From contig JBAZFW010000002.1 of NCBI GenBank assembly GCA_041653215.1, forward strand, positions 8,990 through 72,989: a stretch of 64,000 nucleotides of DNA, in the 5' to 3' direction. Under the pieces are notes generated by a model. The model was not told the origin of the DNA and searched no databases. It saw nothing but the letters and a program-made list of their open reading frames with translations. The DNA comes from Patescibacteria group bacterium. Its GTDB lineage: Bacteria > Patescibacteriota > Patescibacteriia > Patescibacteriales > GWC2-42-12. The first letter of the stretch is position 1, and the number at the start of each line of letters is the position of its first letter. Shown piece after piece: positions 18,895 to 27,591 of the stretch. The position numbers and the translations under genes are program-made.

Positions 18895-19437
18895 ATGATA
18901 ATTTCCATTATCGCTTATGGATTAAGCATGATTTTTTTGCTGTTTATTCTTATTTGTAGTTTTAATTTAATTTTTTCAGTTTTATCATTTGCCCCATGGG
19001 TGCCGAGCCGTAGCCGTGATTTTAAAAGAATTTTTAGATTAGCTGATTTAAAACCTGGGCAAATTTTTTATGATTTAGGCTGTGGCGATGGCAGAGTCGT
19101 GATTTATGCGGCTAATAGTTATAAAGTAAAAGCTATTGGCCTGGAAATTTCTTTACCGTTATATTTAATTTGTAAATTAAGGCGACTGTTTAACGCGAAA
19201 AGTAATATTGAGTTTAAATTTAGAAATTTATATAAAGAAAATTTAGCCGAAGCCGACGTAGTTTATTTTTTTGGCATCCCGCATGTTCTTAATGAAAAAT
19301 TTTGCTTGAAACTTAAGCAAGAGTTAAAGCCTGGCGCAAAAATTATTTCTTATTCTTTTAAGCTAAATAGCATGGAGCCAAAAATAATAGATAATCCGGG
19401 TGGTAAAGATTTGCCGATCTATTTATATGAAATATAA
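18895..19437 (+). CDS. Class I SAM-dependent methyltransferase with N-terminal TM helix
   Basis: Motif I FYDLGCGDGRVV and a post-I acidic residue (GLEIS). Confidence 0.6.
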   Translation: MIISIIAYGLSMIFLLFILICSFNLIFSVLSFAPWVPSRSRDFKRIFRLADLKPGQIFYDLGCGDGRVVIYAANSYKVKAIGLEISLPLYLICKLRRLFNAKSNIEFKFRNLYKENLAEADVVYFFGIPHVLNEKFCLKLKQELKPGAKIISYSFKLNSMEPKIIDNPGGKDLPIYLYEI

Positions 19438-21181
19438 AATTAAAAATTGGTTTAAAAAATATTGGCGCATAATTATTATAACTATAGCGGCTATCTGTTT
19501 TTTTATTGGCACAGCTAGTTTTAATTATTTTACGCAATCAGCTGATTTTGTTAAATGGCTGTCGCCGGACGAATCGGCTAATTATAATTTTACAAAACTT
19601 TACGCCCAAGAAGGCGAGCTAATGTTTTTTGAAAGATATAATATTTTAGCTCACGATATAATTCATCCTAGGAGCATTAGAAGCGATTTTGGTTATTTAA
19701 AACCGGTAAGTTTTTTAGGTATTATTTTAATCTACGGGAAAATCGCTAGTTTAACTACCTATAAAATTATACCTTATTTAACTCCGCTGTTCGCCGCTCT
19801 AGCGATTATTTTTTATTATTTATTAATTAAAGAAATTTTTGGCAAACGCAACGCTTTAATTTCAGCTTTAATTTTAAGCGTTTTCCCGCCCCTGGTTTAT
19901 TATAGCGCCCGCAGCATGTTTCATAACGTATTATTCGTTGTTTTACTTATAATCAGTCTTTATTTCGCTTGTTTATCGGTAAAAAAGAAAGAAAAATTAA
20001 CGAATACAAGTAAGGTAAAAACCGCGATGATAGATATCTTGCCGGATTTATTCGCCGGTTTAAGCGGCATTTTTTTAGGCTTAACCATCACAACTCGTTC
20101 ATCAGAATTAATTTGGTTAGCCCCGGTTTCCTTAATTATTTGGTTGTTTAATATTAAAAAGTTTGGCTTTATTAAGCCGTTGATTTTTATTGCTTGTTTA
20201 TTTTTTGCTCTTACGCCCGCTATGTATTGGAATAAAATATTATATCAATCATATTGGCGCGGCGGTTATAACGAAATGAACCAGTCTATTATAAATATCG
20301 CCGGCGCTAGCTCAAATATTTTAAAAAGCGGGGTGGTAAATTCCGAAGCGATTAAAAACAGTTTAGCAGAAATAAAAAATAATTTTTTTCATTTTGGCTG
20401 GCAGCCGTATAAAAGTTTAAAGATGCTTTACTTTTATTTTGCTAAAATGTTTTATTGGATTTTCTGGCCGGCTCTTTTTGGCTTTTTGCTTTTATTTTCA
20501 AAAATAAAAAAGTGGCGAGCTAAGCATTATGTTTATTTAATTGCTTTATTTACCGCCGCAGCGATTTTAATATCTTATTATGGCAGTTGGGATTTTCATG
20601 ATAACCCAGACCCTAAAAGCCGCACCATCGGTAATTCTTATACTCGTTATTGGCTGCCGATTTATCTAGGCGCTATTCCTTTGGCCGTTATCTTTTTAGT
20701 AAAGCTATCAAATGTACTAAAGAAAAAAATATTAATTTATAGTTTCCGTATCTTAATGATTTTATTGGTATTTTTTATTTCCATTAGATTTGTTTTAATC
20801 GGCTCCGAAGAAGGTCTAATAAAAACGGCTAAAACACAGCTAACGGTTCGCGCTGAATATGAACAAGTATTAAAATTAACTGAAAATAACAGCGTTATTG
20901 TTACTCAATATCATGACAAATTATTGTTCCCAGCCAGAAAAGTGATTGTTGGTTTATTTGACGATCCTAATATGACGAAAGAATATGCGGTTTTAGCTAA
21001 AAAATTACCAGTTTATTACTATAATTTTACTTTTCCAGAGAAAGATATTAATTATTTAAATAATAAAAAATTGCCTGAATTTAATTTAAAGATAGAGGCC
21101 GTGGAAAAAGTTACTAAATATTTTACGCTATATAGATTAGAGAATGTAGAATTACCTGTCATTGCGAGCGAAACGAAGTGA
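19427..21181 (+). CDS. GT-C fold glycosyltransferase (ArnT/PMT_2-like)
   Basis: Polytopic protein with an acidic first-loop motif SPDESANY. The start was set at the ATG at 19427 (MKYKIKNWFKKYW). The last 8 codons and the TGA stop come from the repeat at 21157. Confidence 0.5.
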   Translation: MKYKIKNWFKKYWRIIIITIAAICFFIGTASFNYFTQSADFVKWLSPDESANYNFTKLYAQEGELMFFERYNILAHDIIHPRSIRSDFGYLKPVSFLGIILIYGKIASLTTYKIIPYLTPLFAALAIIFYYLLIKEIFGKRNALISALILSVFPPLVYYSARSMFHNVLFVVLLIISLYFACLSVKKKEKLTNTSKVKTAMIDILPDLFAGLSGIFLGLTITTRSSELIWLAPVSLIIWLFNIKKFGFIKPLIFIACLFFALTPAMYWNKILYQSYWRGGYNEMNQSIINIAGASSNILKSGVVNSEAIKNSLAEIKNNFFHFGWQPYKSLKMLYFYFAKMFYWIFWPALFGFLLLFSKIKKWRAKHYVYLIALFTAAAILISYYGSWDFHDNPDPKSRTIGNSYTRYWLPIYLGAIPLAVIFLVKLSNVLKKKILIYSFRILMILLVFFISIRFVLIGSEEGLIKTAKTQLTVRAEYEQVLKLTENNSVIVTQYHDKLLFPARKVIVGLFDDPNMTKEYAVLAKKLPVYYYNFTFPEKDINYLNNKKLPEFNLKIEAVEKVTKYFTLYRLENVELPVIASETK

Positions 21182-21335
21182 AGCGAAGCAATCCCTGGTA
21201 AGCCCAGAAAAACAAAAAATTAGCAAACACTACTTTAAAATAAATTCAGACTAACTCTAGGCATTTTAAAAAATAATTAAATTTTGTGCCATCAAACCGG
21301 AGATTGCTTCGTCGCTGGCGCTTCTCGCAATGACA
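21157..21335. repeat. Type-I palindromic element, 179 bp (long spacer)
   Basis: tgtcattgcgagcgaaacgaagtgaagcgaagcaatccc ... ggagattgcttcgtcgctggcgcttctcgcaatgaca. Confidence 0.8.
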
Positions 21336-21338
21336 AAT

Positions 21339-22505
21339 ATGAATACAAAAAAAATAAATCGTATCGGCATAGACGCTCGGTTTTACGGCCCAATAGGCAA
21401 GGGGTTGGGTAGATATACCCAGGAAGTTGTTGATAACATAATAAAGCTTGATCAAAAAAATAAGTACATTATATTTTTGCGTAAAGAAAATTTTTCTGAT
21501 TTTAAATGTGATGGCGTAAGAATAAAAAAAGTATTAGCTGATATAAAGTGGTATGGTTTAAGCGAGCAAATAATTTTTCCTTTTTACATTCTTCGCGAGC
21601 GCTTAGATTTAATGCATTTTCCGCATTTTAATGTACCGATTTTTTGCCCAGTTAAATTTATCGTTACCATCCACGATTTAATTTTAATAAAATTCCCGAC
21701 TTTGCGGGCCACTACTTTAGGGCCGGTCGTTTACAAAATAAAAAATTTAGCTTATAAAATTGTGATTTCATTAGCGGTTAAGCGAGCTATGAAAATTTTA
21801 GCGGTTTCAGAATATACGAAAAAAGCTGTCGTCGAACAATTTAAAGTTGATTCTAAAAAAGTTGTTGTAACTTATGAAGGCGTAGCAAATTTGTCTGTCA
21901 TTTCGAGCGTCAGCGAGAAATCGCTTGTAGACGAAAGCCTCTCGCATAAGGGATTTCTTCCTTCGGTCGAAATGACAAAAAATTATCTTCTTTATGTCGG
22001 TAACGGTTATCCGCATAAAAATTTAGAAGGTTTAATAAAAGTTTTTTCTGAAATAAGTAAAGCTAAACCAGAATTAAAATTAGTCTTAGTCGGCAAAGAA
22101 GATTATTTTTACAGCCGATTAAAACAATACGCTAAAAATTTTTCAAACAATATTATTTTTCCTGGCTATGTCATGGATAGTAAGTTAAAGGAATTATACG
22201 CTAACGCGACTCTTTATATTTTCCCTTCTTTTTATGAAGGTTTTGGTTTGCCGCCGTTAGAAGCTATGGCGCATGGTTTAGCGGTCGTTAGTTCCGATAA
22301 AACTTGCTTACCGGAAATACTTGGCGACGCTGCTTTATATTTTAATCCCGAGGATGAAATGGATATGAAAAATAAGATTGAGCAAGGATTAGCAGATGAA
22401 AAATTACGCGAAGATTTAATAAATAGGGGATATGAACAAATCAAAAAGTATAGTTGGGTAGACTGCGCGGAAAAAACTTTAGAAGTTTATAAAAGTTGTT
22501 TATAA
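21339..22505 (+). CDS. Glycosyltransferase family 4 (carries an in-frame palindromic element)
   Basis: RIGIDARFYG at the N-terminus and PSFYEGFGLPPLEAMAHGLAVVSSD at the C-terminus. The start was moved to the ATG at 21339, just outside the upstream repeat. Confidence 0.85.
   Translation: MNTKKINRIGIDARFYGPIGKGLGRYTQEVVDNIIKLDQKNKYIIFLRKENFSDFKCDGVRIKKVLADIKWYGLSEQIIFPFYILRERLDLMHFPHFNVPIFCPVKFIVTIHDLILIKFPTLRATTLGPVVYKIKNLAYKIVISLAVKRAMKILAVSEYTKKAVVEQFKVDSKKVVVTYEGVANLSVISSVSEKSLVDESLSHKGFLPSVEMTKNYLLYVGNGYPHKNLEGLIKVFSEISKAKPELKLVLVGKEDYFYSRLKQYAKNFSNNIIFPGYVMDSKLKELYANATLYIFPSFYEGFGLPPLEAMAHGLAVVSSDKTCLPEILGDAALYFNPEDEMDMKNKIEQGLADEKLREDLINRGYEQIKKYSWVDCAEKTLEVYKSCL
21896..21977. repeat. 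Type-III palindromic element (tgtcatttcgagcg...cgaaatgaca) inside the CDS, read through in frame
   Basis: tgtcatttcgagcgtcagcgagaaatcgc ... gggatttcttccttcggtcgaaatgaca. It is translated as SVISSVSEKSLVDESLSHKGFLPSVEMT. Confidence 0.8.
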
Positions 22506-22601
22506 AGAGTTATTATTAAAAAAACGCCGTTAATTATATGGTGTTTTTTTAATTAAAATGGCTAAAATTAAATAAAAATTATTTTAAAGAATTTATTTTA
22601 T

Positions 22602-22630
22602 TTGACATAATTAATATAATGTGATATAGT
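22602..22630 (+). promoter_or_regulatory. Sigma70-type promoter (TTGACA-17-TATAGT with TG extension)
   Basis: ttgaca at 22602-22607, a 17-nt spacer ending in tga, and tatagt at 22625-22630. It lies 17 nt upstream of the ATG at 22648. Confidence 0.55.
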
Positions 22631-22647
22631 AAAACATTAGTAAAAAT

Positions 22648-23661
22648 ATGGAAATAAAGAAAATAATCATCCCAAATAAACCTCATTTGGACCCGATCGT
22701 TGCTGTTTATTTATTAAAGCAATATGGTCAAAATGTTTTTAATGGCATTAAAGATGCTGAGATTATTTTTTGGGAACATAGCCATGATCCTTCCAATGAA
22801 GAAATTGTAAAATTTAAAGAACAGGGGATTTTGTCAGTCGACGTGGGCGGCAGTATGTTTGATCATCATAATAATAATTTTGACGGTAAAAAAGAAACAG
22901 CTTCTTCTTTAGTAGCTGCTTATTTAAATATAGAAACAAATCCGGAAATTAATGCATTATTAAATTATGTCAGAGAAGATGATTTAGAGGGCTTGCATAA
23001 TCGTTATGGCGATTTGGCGTATTTAATAAAATGTTTTCACAAGCAAAATTTACCGTCGACAAAAGTTGTTGAACTAGGCCTAAGGATGATAAATTATTTT
23101 CAGACCTCGCAAATTGACTGGCATTTAAATGTTAAAAAAGAATATGAAGATAAAACAAAGATTTATAAAGTTAAAAGATTCGACAAAAAATTAAAAGTTG
23201 GCGTGGTTGAATCTGACAATTCGCAATTAGCTAATTACGGTATAACTATGGATAATTTAGCCGTGGTTGTACAAAAACATTCAAACGGCCAAGTAATGAT
23301 CTTAACTAATAAAAATCAACGCCTTAACATAAAGGAAATTGTAGCCGCCATAAGATTAAGAGAACTAGAATTAGGCGGTTATAATAAATCAATTGATCCG
23401 GCTAAATTGCAGTTTGAAGGTAAAAATTCTTTAATTCCAAATTGGTTTTATCATAAAAGTTTAAACGCTTTTTTAAACGGTTCTCATGCTTTAAATAAAG
23501 TTGAACCGACTAAAGTTAAATTTAGCGAAATTGTTTCTTTTGTTTGGAATGGTTTAAGTTCAGAACATTCAGAATATTGCGATTGCGATCAAGGCGGTTT
23601 AAGTTGCCCGTTTGTTAAATACGGTTTTAGCAAATGCAAAAGCAGAAAATTTAACAACTAA
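22648..23661 (+). CDS. MYG1/UPF0160-like metal-dependent hydrolase with Cys-rich C-terminal tail
   Basis: PHLDPIVAVYLL, VDVGGSMFDHH and REDDLEG resemble the FHxDE, VDVGG..DHH and DxxDNG motifs of MYG1-family proteins (recalled, not searched). The C-terminus is EYCDCDQGGLSCPFVKYGFSKC. Confidence 0.45.
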   Translation: MEIKKIIIPNKPHLDPIVAVYLLKQYGQNVFNGIKDAEIIFWEHSHDPSNEEIVKFKEQGILSVDVGGSMFDHHNNNFDGKKETASSLVAAYLNIETNPEINALLNYVREDDLEGLHNRYGDLAYLIKCFHKQNLPSTKVVELGLRMINYFQTSQIDWHLNVKKEYEDKTKIYKVKRFDKKLKVGVVESDNSQLANYGITMDNLAVVVQKHSNGQVMILTNKNQRLNIKEIVAAIRLRELELGGYNKSIDPAKLQFEGKNSLIPNWFYHKSLNAFLNGSHALNKVEPTKVKFSEIVSFVWNGLSSEHSEYCDCDQGGLSCPFVKYGFSKCKSRKFNN

Positions 23662-23797
23662 ATAAGGATTTAAGCAATCTTTTGTTTATTAAATTTAGTA
23701 AATAGAAGATTGCGAATAAATCGCAACGGTCTTTTAAAGAAAAGGACGCATAAGCGTCAAAAAATACAACAATAAATTATTTCGAGGAGGATTTAGG

Positions 23798-24466
23798 ATG
23801 GATAACAAGGAAAAGGTTGTTTTGAAGGCTGAAGTGCTGGCGTCGGGCAAAGGATGTCCGGTATGCGGTGGGGAAAAAACGGAAAAAGCAAAAACTTGTA
23901 GACCATGCTTGACGAACATAGGTTCCGCGGCCACCAAGGCGGTTAACGCAATTGCTGAGGTGTCTTGCGATGCTCTTTTCGCCAATGCGATGGCTAACAG
24001 CGGCGACGTGGTCAGAGGTACAGTCTGGGGTCCATTTTTGGCTAATACCAGAATCGACATAGATGCCAAGTTCACCCCAGCGAAAAATGACATCGGCGCC
24101 CACTGGCATTGTAAGAGAGGCGTGCCTGGCGGATATATGTCAATTTTTATCTTCGGTGATAACCTTAAGGCCGGTCAGGAAGTCTGCGGTTTAGCAGAGT
24201 TGAAGATAAAGCATGCGCTTATCAAAGACAAGAATGGCAAAGTAATTAATAAAAAGCTCGTGCATTATATGCGCATGCAAACAGTGGAAGGCGTCAAGTC
24301 CGACTTCCGTCTGTCGGTTCTTGAGCCACAGGAAATTGATAGATTAAGACATGATTATCTACAGGCCACTGTGGTGCGGAACGATGGCTATGATTTCGCC
24401 GTCGGTTTTCTGCCAATGAAAAACGGCAAACGCGAAGAAGATGAGAAAATTGCGGCAACCGTGTAG
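23798..24466 (+). CDS. Orphan GC-rich protein with N-terminal CxxC...CxxC zinc-ribbon-like motif
   Basis: A 222-codon open frame at about 42-55% GC. AGGAGG at 23785-23790 lies 7 nt upstream of the ATG. The N-terminus reads GCPVCGGEKTEKAKTCRPC. I recognise no family. Confidence 0.7.
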   Translation: MDNKEKVVLKAEVLASGKGCPVCGGEKTEKAKTCRPCLTNIGSAATKAVNAIAEVSCDALFANAMANSGDVVRGTVWGPFLANTRIDIDAKFTPAKNDIGAHWHCKRGVPGGYMSIFIFGDNLKAGQEVCGLAELKIKHALIKDKNGKVINKKLVHYMRMQTVEGVKSDFRLSVLEPQEIDRLRHDYLQATVVRNDGYDFAVGFLPMKNGKREEDEKIAATV

Positions 24467-24501
24467 CGCCGCGATAATTCTCTCTAAAATTTAACCTTAT
24501 A

Positions 24502-24560
24502 CAAGGGTCTAAATACAATGCAAAATAAAGCAGAAGTATTTAGGCCCTTGCTTTATTTTA
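24502..24560 (+). terminator. Intrinsic terminator of the GC-rich ORF
   Basis: A 15-bp stem (caagggtctaaatac / gtatttaggcccttg, one G-U pair) is followed by ctttatttta. An alternative 11-bp pairing exists between aaaataaagca and tgctttatttt. Confidence 0.6.
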
Positions 24561-24683
24561 AACACTTTCCAGCTTTCTATATTTTATGTTATAATAATGT
24601 TAATAAATAACTAACTGCGCCATCTATATTATTATATGGTGCATAAGTTTTTTAAATATAAATAAATTTACTATTTTTTGTTC

Positions 24684-24727
24684 GTGAGATTGCTTCGTCG
24701 CCTGGTTGCAGGCTTCTCGCAATGACA
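24684..24727. repeat. Solo right half of a type-I element
   Basis: gtgagattgcttcgtcgcctggttgcaggcttctcgcaatgaca, with no matching left half upstream. Confidence 0.75.
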
Positions 24728-24740
24728 TTTGAATAAATAA

Positions 24741-27437
24741 ATGACTTTAAATAAATTCCAAAATTTAAAAGTTAACCCTGGCGCGAAATCGTCTCGTTTT
24801 GTTATAGATTTAAAAAAAGATTTAGTGGAAAATGAAGGCGTTAAGGAGATAAAAAAGCGAAATATAGAGACAAAAATAGAGGAGAAATTAGAAAAATTAT
24901 CCGAAATTAATTATAAGGGCGTATTTAAAAAAGGTAAGAAAAAAAGCGGAGTTTATTTTTCTAGTTTAGCAAAAACGCTAAAACCTCAGGCCTTTTTATT
25001 TAATAAGAACGCTGCTTTAAAATTACCCGCGGTAAAAACTAATAATGGGTTGTTTGATCAGCTAGCGCTTATCGGCTTAGGAAAATTATTGTATATTGTT
25101 TTAAAAAATATTTTTATTTTATTCTATAAAGTTTGCTACGCAGCCGGTTGGTTAATAATGTTCATTTTAAGGTTAGTTTATTTTTCACTTTTAGCCATAA
25201 TAAAACCGTTCGCAAAAATATTATATCTTTTGTCTATTAAATTGCATTTAGCTACGAATAAGGTTTTAAGGGATGTACCGCAAAATTACCATATGAAACA
25301 GGCTGTGGCTGTTTCGGTTTTTGCGAAATTACTTCACTCTGCCAAAAAGAAAAAAACCAGCGAGCAAAGCGATGAAAAGTTTGTTTCTGATAATAAAATT
25401 ATAGAAGATTCTCAAGCCGGTTTATTAAAGCCAGTTTTAGTTTTTGCTGGGATTTTATTAGCGATAATTCTTCCGGTTAAAGCTTTTACTTATTATAAGG
25501 TTATAGATACCGCTAAAGGCAAAGTTTTGGGCGCTAGCGAGAGCGCTATGGGTGATTTAATTTCTGCCGGTCAATCGGCCTTAGGTTTAAATTTTAATCA
25601 GGCCGGACAGAGTTTTAAAAATGCTAGTAATAATTTTTTAAACGCGCAAGCTGAACTTGAAAAAATTAATGGTCTAATATTTTCTATAGCCTCGATTTTA
25701 CCTGATAAAAATATGCAATTGGCGGCGGCCAGTAAAAATATTTTACGCGCTGGCGAAGCAAGCGCTAACGCGGGAAAAAATTTGAGCTTAGCCATGGAAA
25801 GCCTTTTTAGTTATAAAGAAAATAGCACTGATAGTATTTTAGAAAATTTAAGTTTGCATGGGCATAATGCTATAAATAATTTAAACGAATTAAATGAGTC
25901 GTTAAATCAAATAAATAGCGAGGTTATCCCGGAAGATTATCAAAAACAATTTATTTTATTAAAACAAAAAGCTGATGAACTTAATCGCGGTTTAAAAGAA
26001 TTTATTGGACTAGTCGATAGCTTAGGAGATTTTTTGGGAACTAGCATGGATAAACGTTATTTATTAGTTTTTCAAAATAATTCCGAATTGCGTGCTTCAG
26101 GCGGTTTTATTGGCAGTTTTGCTTTAATAGATTTTTCTAAAGGTGAAATAAAAAATATAGAAGTGCCTGGCGGGGGCAGTTATGACACTGAGGCTGGTTT
26201 TTTAAAAAAAATAAAAGCCCCAGAAGCTTTAAGTTTAGTTAGATCTGATTGGCATTTTTGGGACGCTAACTGGTGGCCTGATTGGCCGACCTCGGCGAAA
26301 AAACTCGCTTGGTTTTACGAAAATTCTGATGGTTCAACGGTTGATGGTGTAATTAGTTTTACACCAACGGTGATTGAAAATTTATTAAAAATAATTGGCC
26401 CAATAGATCTAAGAGATAAATATGGTTTAGTTATTGACGCTGATAATTTTTGGCTGGAAACGCAAAAATTGGCCGAGCAAAAACCAGATATAACTAAAGA
26501 ACCTAAAAAGATAATTGGCGATTTAATGAATAAAATTATTGAGGAGTTGCCTAAACGATTAAACAAAGACAATTTAGTGCCTTTATTTAAAATGATTGAA
26601 GAATCGCTATCTAGTAAAAACATTTTATTTTATTTTACGGATGAAAATTTAGAAGCTAAAGTTGATGATTTAGGTTGGAGCGGCAGAATTAAAAACACGA
26701 CTGGTGATTATTTAAGCGTGGTTAATTCTAATATCGCCGGCGGTAAGAGCGATCGAAAAATTAAACAACAAATTGTCCATCAAGCCGAGGTTCAACCGGA
26801 TGGCTCAATTATTGATAATTTAATTATTAGACGCGCTCATGAAGCAGTAAATCGCGAACCATTTTCTGGCGTTAGAAACGTTAATTGGTTAAGAATCTAT
26901 GTGCCGCTTGGCTCTGAATTATTAGAAGTCGACGGCTTTAAACCGGTGGATAAAATATTTTTTGACAAAGAGATCACTGGTTTAACTAACGATCCGGAAG
27001 TTTTAGCTAGCGAAGGTCAAGCGCAAACCGACGAATCAAGCGGTACAAAAATTTATAACGAGTTTAATAAAACCGTTTTTGCTAATTGGTCGCAATTAGA
27101 CCCGGGAGAAACTATTGAAATTAAAATAAAATATAAACTACCTTTTAAACTAACCGATAAAAAACAGCCGGCCGGTCAAGAATTTACAAATCAGTTGCTT
27201 GAAAAATTTGGCTCAATTTTGAACCCAGATGAGAAAAATTTATATTCATATTCTTTGCTAGTGCAAAAACAACCAGGCATGAATTCATCGACTATAGAGA
27301 GTGAGTTAAGGCTAGGCGATAACTTTAACTCAATTTGGCAATATCCGAATAATTTAAATTCTAGTTTAAATGGCTGGTCAATAACCGAAGATTTAAATCA
27401 AGATCAAATAATGGCGATAATGGCAGAAGAAAAATAA
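24741..27437 (+). CDS. DUF4012-family membrane protein (large paralog)
   Basis: TM helices in the N-terminal third, then FQNNSELRASGGFIGSFALIDFSKGE. It is collinear with 2330-4339 (WPDWPTSAKK, LFYFTDENLE, LLVQKQPG). Confidence 0.7.
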   Translation: MTLNKFQNLKVNPGAKSSRFVIDLKKDLVENEGVKEIKKRNIETKIEEKLEKLSEINYKGVFKKGKKKSGVYFSSLAKTLKPQAFLFNKNAALKLPAVKTNNGLFDQLALIGLGKLLYIVLKNIFILFYKVCYAAGWLIMFILRLVYFSLLAIIKPFAKILYLLSIKLHLATNKVLRDVPQNYHMKQAVAVSVFAKLLHSAKKKKTSEQSDEKFVSDNKIIEDSQAGLLKPVLVFAGILLAIILPVKAFTYYKVIDTAKGKVLGASESAMGDLISAGQSALGLNFNQAGQSFKNASNNFLNAQAELEKINGLIFSIASILPDKNMQLAAASKNILRAGEASANAGKNLSLAMESLFSYKENSTDSILENLSLHGHNAINNLNELNESLNQINSEVIPEDYQKQFILLKQKADELNRGLKEFIGLVDSLGDFLGTSMDKRYLLVFQNNSELRASGGFIGSFALIDFSKGEIKNIEVPGGGSYDTEAGFLKKIKAPEALSLVRSDWHFWDANWWPDWPTSAKKLAWFYENSDGSTVDGVISFTPTVIENLLKIIGPIDLRDKYGLVIDADNFWLETQKLAEQKPDITKEPKKIIGDLMNKIIEELPKRLNKDNLVPLFKMIEESLSSKNILFYFTDENLEAKVDDLGWSGRIKNTTGDYLSVVNSNIAGGKSDRKIKQQIVHQAEVQPDGSIIDNLIIRRAHEAVNREPFSGVRNVNWLRIYVPLGSELLEVDGFKPVDKIFFDKEITGLTNDPEVLASEGQAQTDESSGTKIYNEFNKTVFANWSQLDPGETIEIKIKYKLPFKLTDKKQPAGQEFTNQLLEKFGSILNPDEKNLYSYSLLVQKQPGMNSSTIESELRLGDNFNSIWQYPNNLNSSLNGWSITEDLNQDQIMAIMAEEK

Positions 27438-27444
27438 AAGCATC

Positions 27445-27560
27445 TGTCATTGCGAGGAGGAGCGATAGCGACGACGAAGCAATCTCCGGTTCAATGGCAC
27501 ATATGCTGATTTTAACCAGAGATTGCTTCGTCGCCTGATTACAGGCTTCTCGCAATGACA
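27445..27560. repeat. Type-I palindromic element, 116 bp
   Basis: tgtcattgcgaggaggagcgatagcgacgacgaagcaatctcc ... agagattgcttcgtcgcctgattacaggcttctcgcaatgaca. Confidence 0.85.
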
Positions 27561-27591
27561 TAAAAAAATTAAAATAACTTAACATTATTAT

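Noticed and set aside
23734-24109. Two long minus-strand ORFs (119 and 110 aa) overlapping the GC-rich gene
   Set aside because: They lie antisense to a 222-codon ORF that has a canonical SD and terminator. Stop codons are rare in GC-rich DNA, so such shadows are expected. Their sequences are low-complexity (A/L/P/S-rich), and neither has start-site signals.
24502-24560. H-type pseudoknot downstream of the GC-rich ORF (interleaved 15-bp and 11-bp pairings)
   Set aside because: The connecting loops (5, 3 and 0 nt) are too short to span stems of that length. The simpler reading is an intrinsic terminator hairpin whose U-tract can alternatively pair with an upstream A-rich segment.
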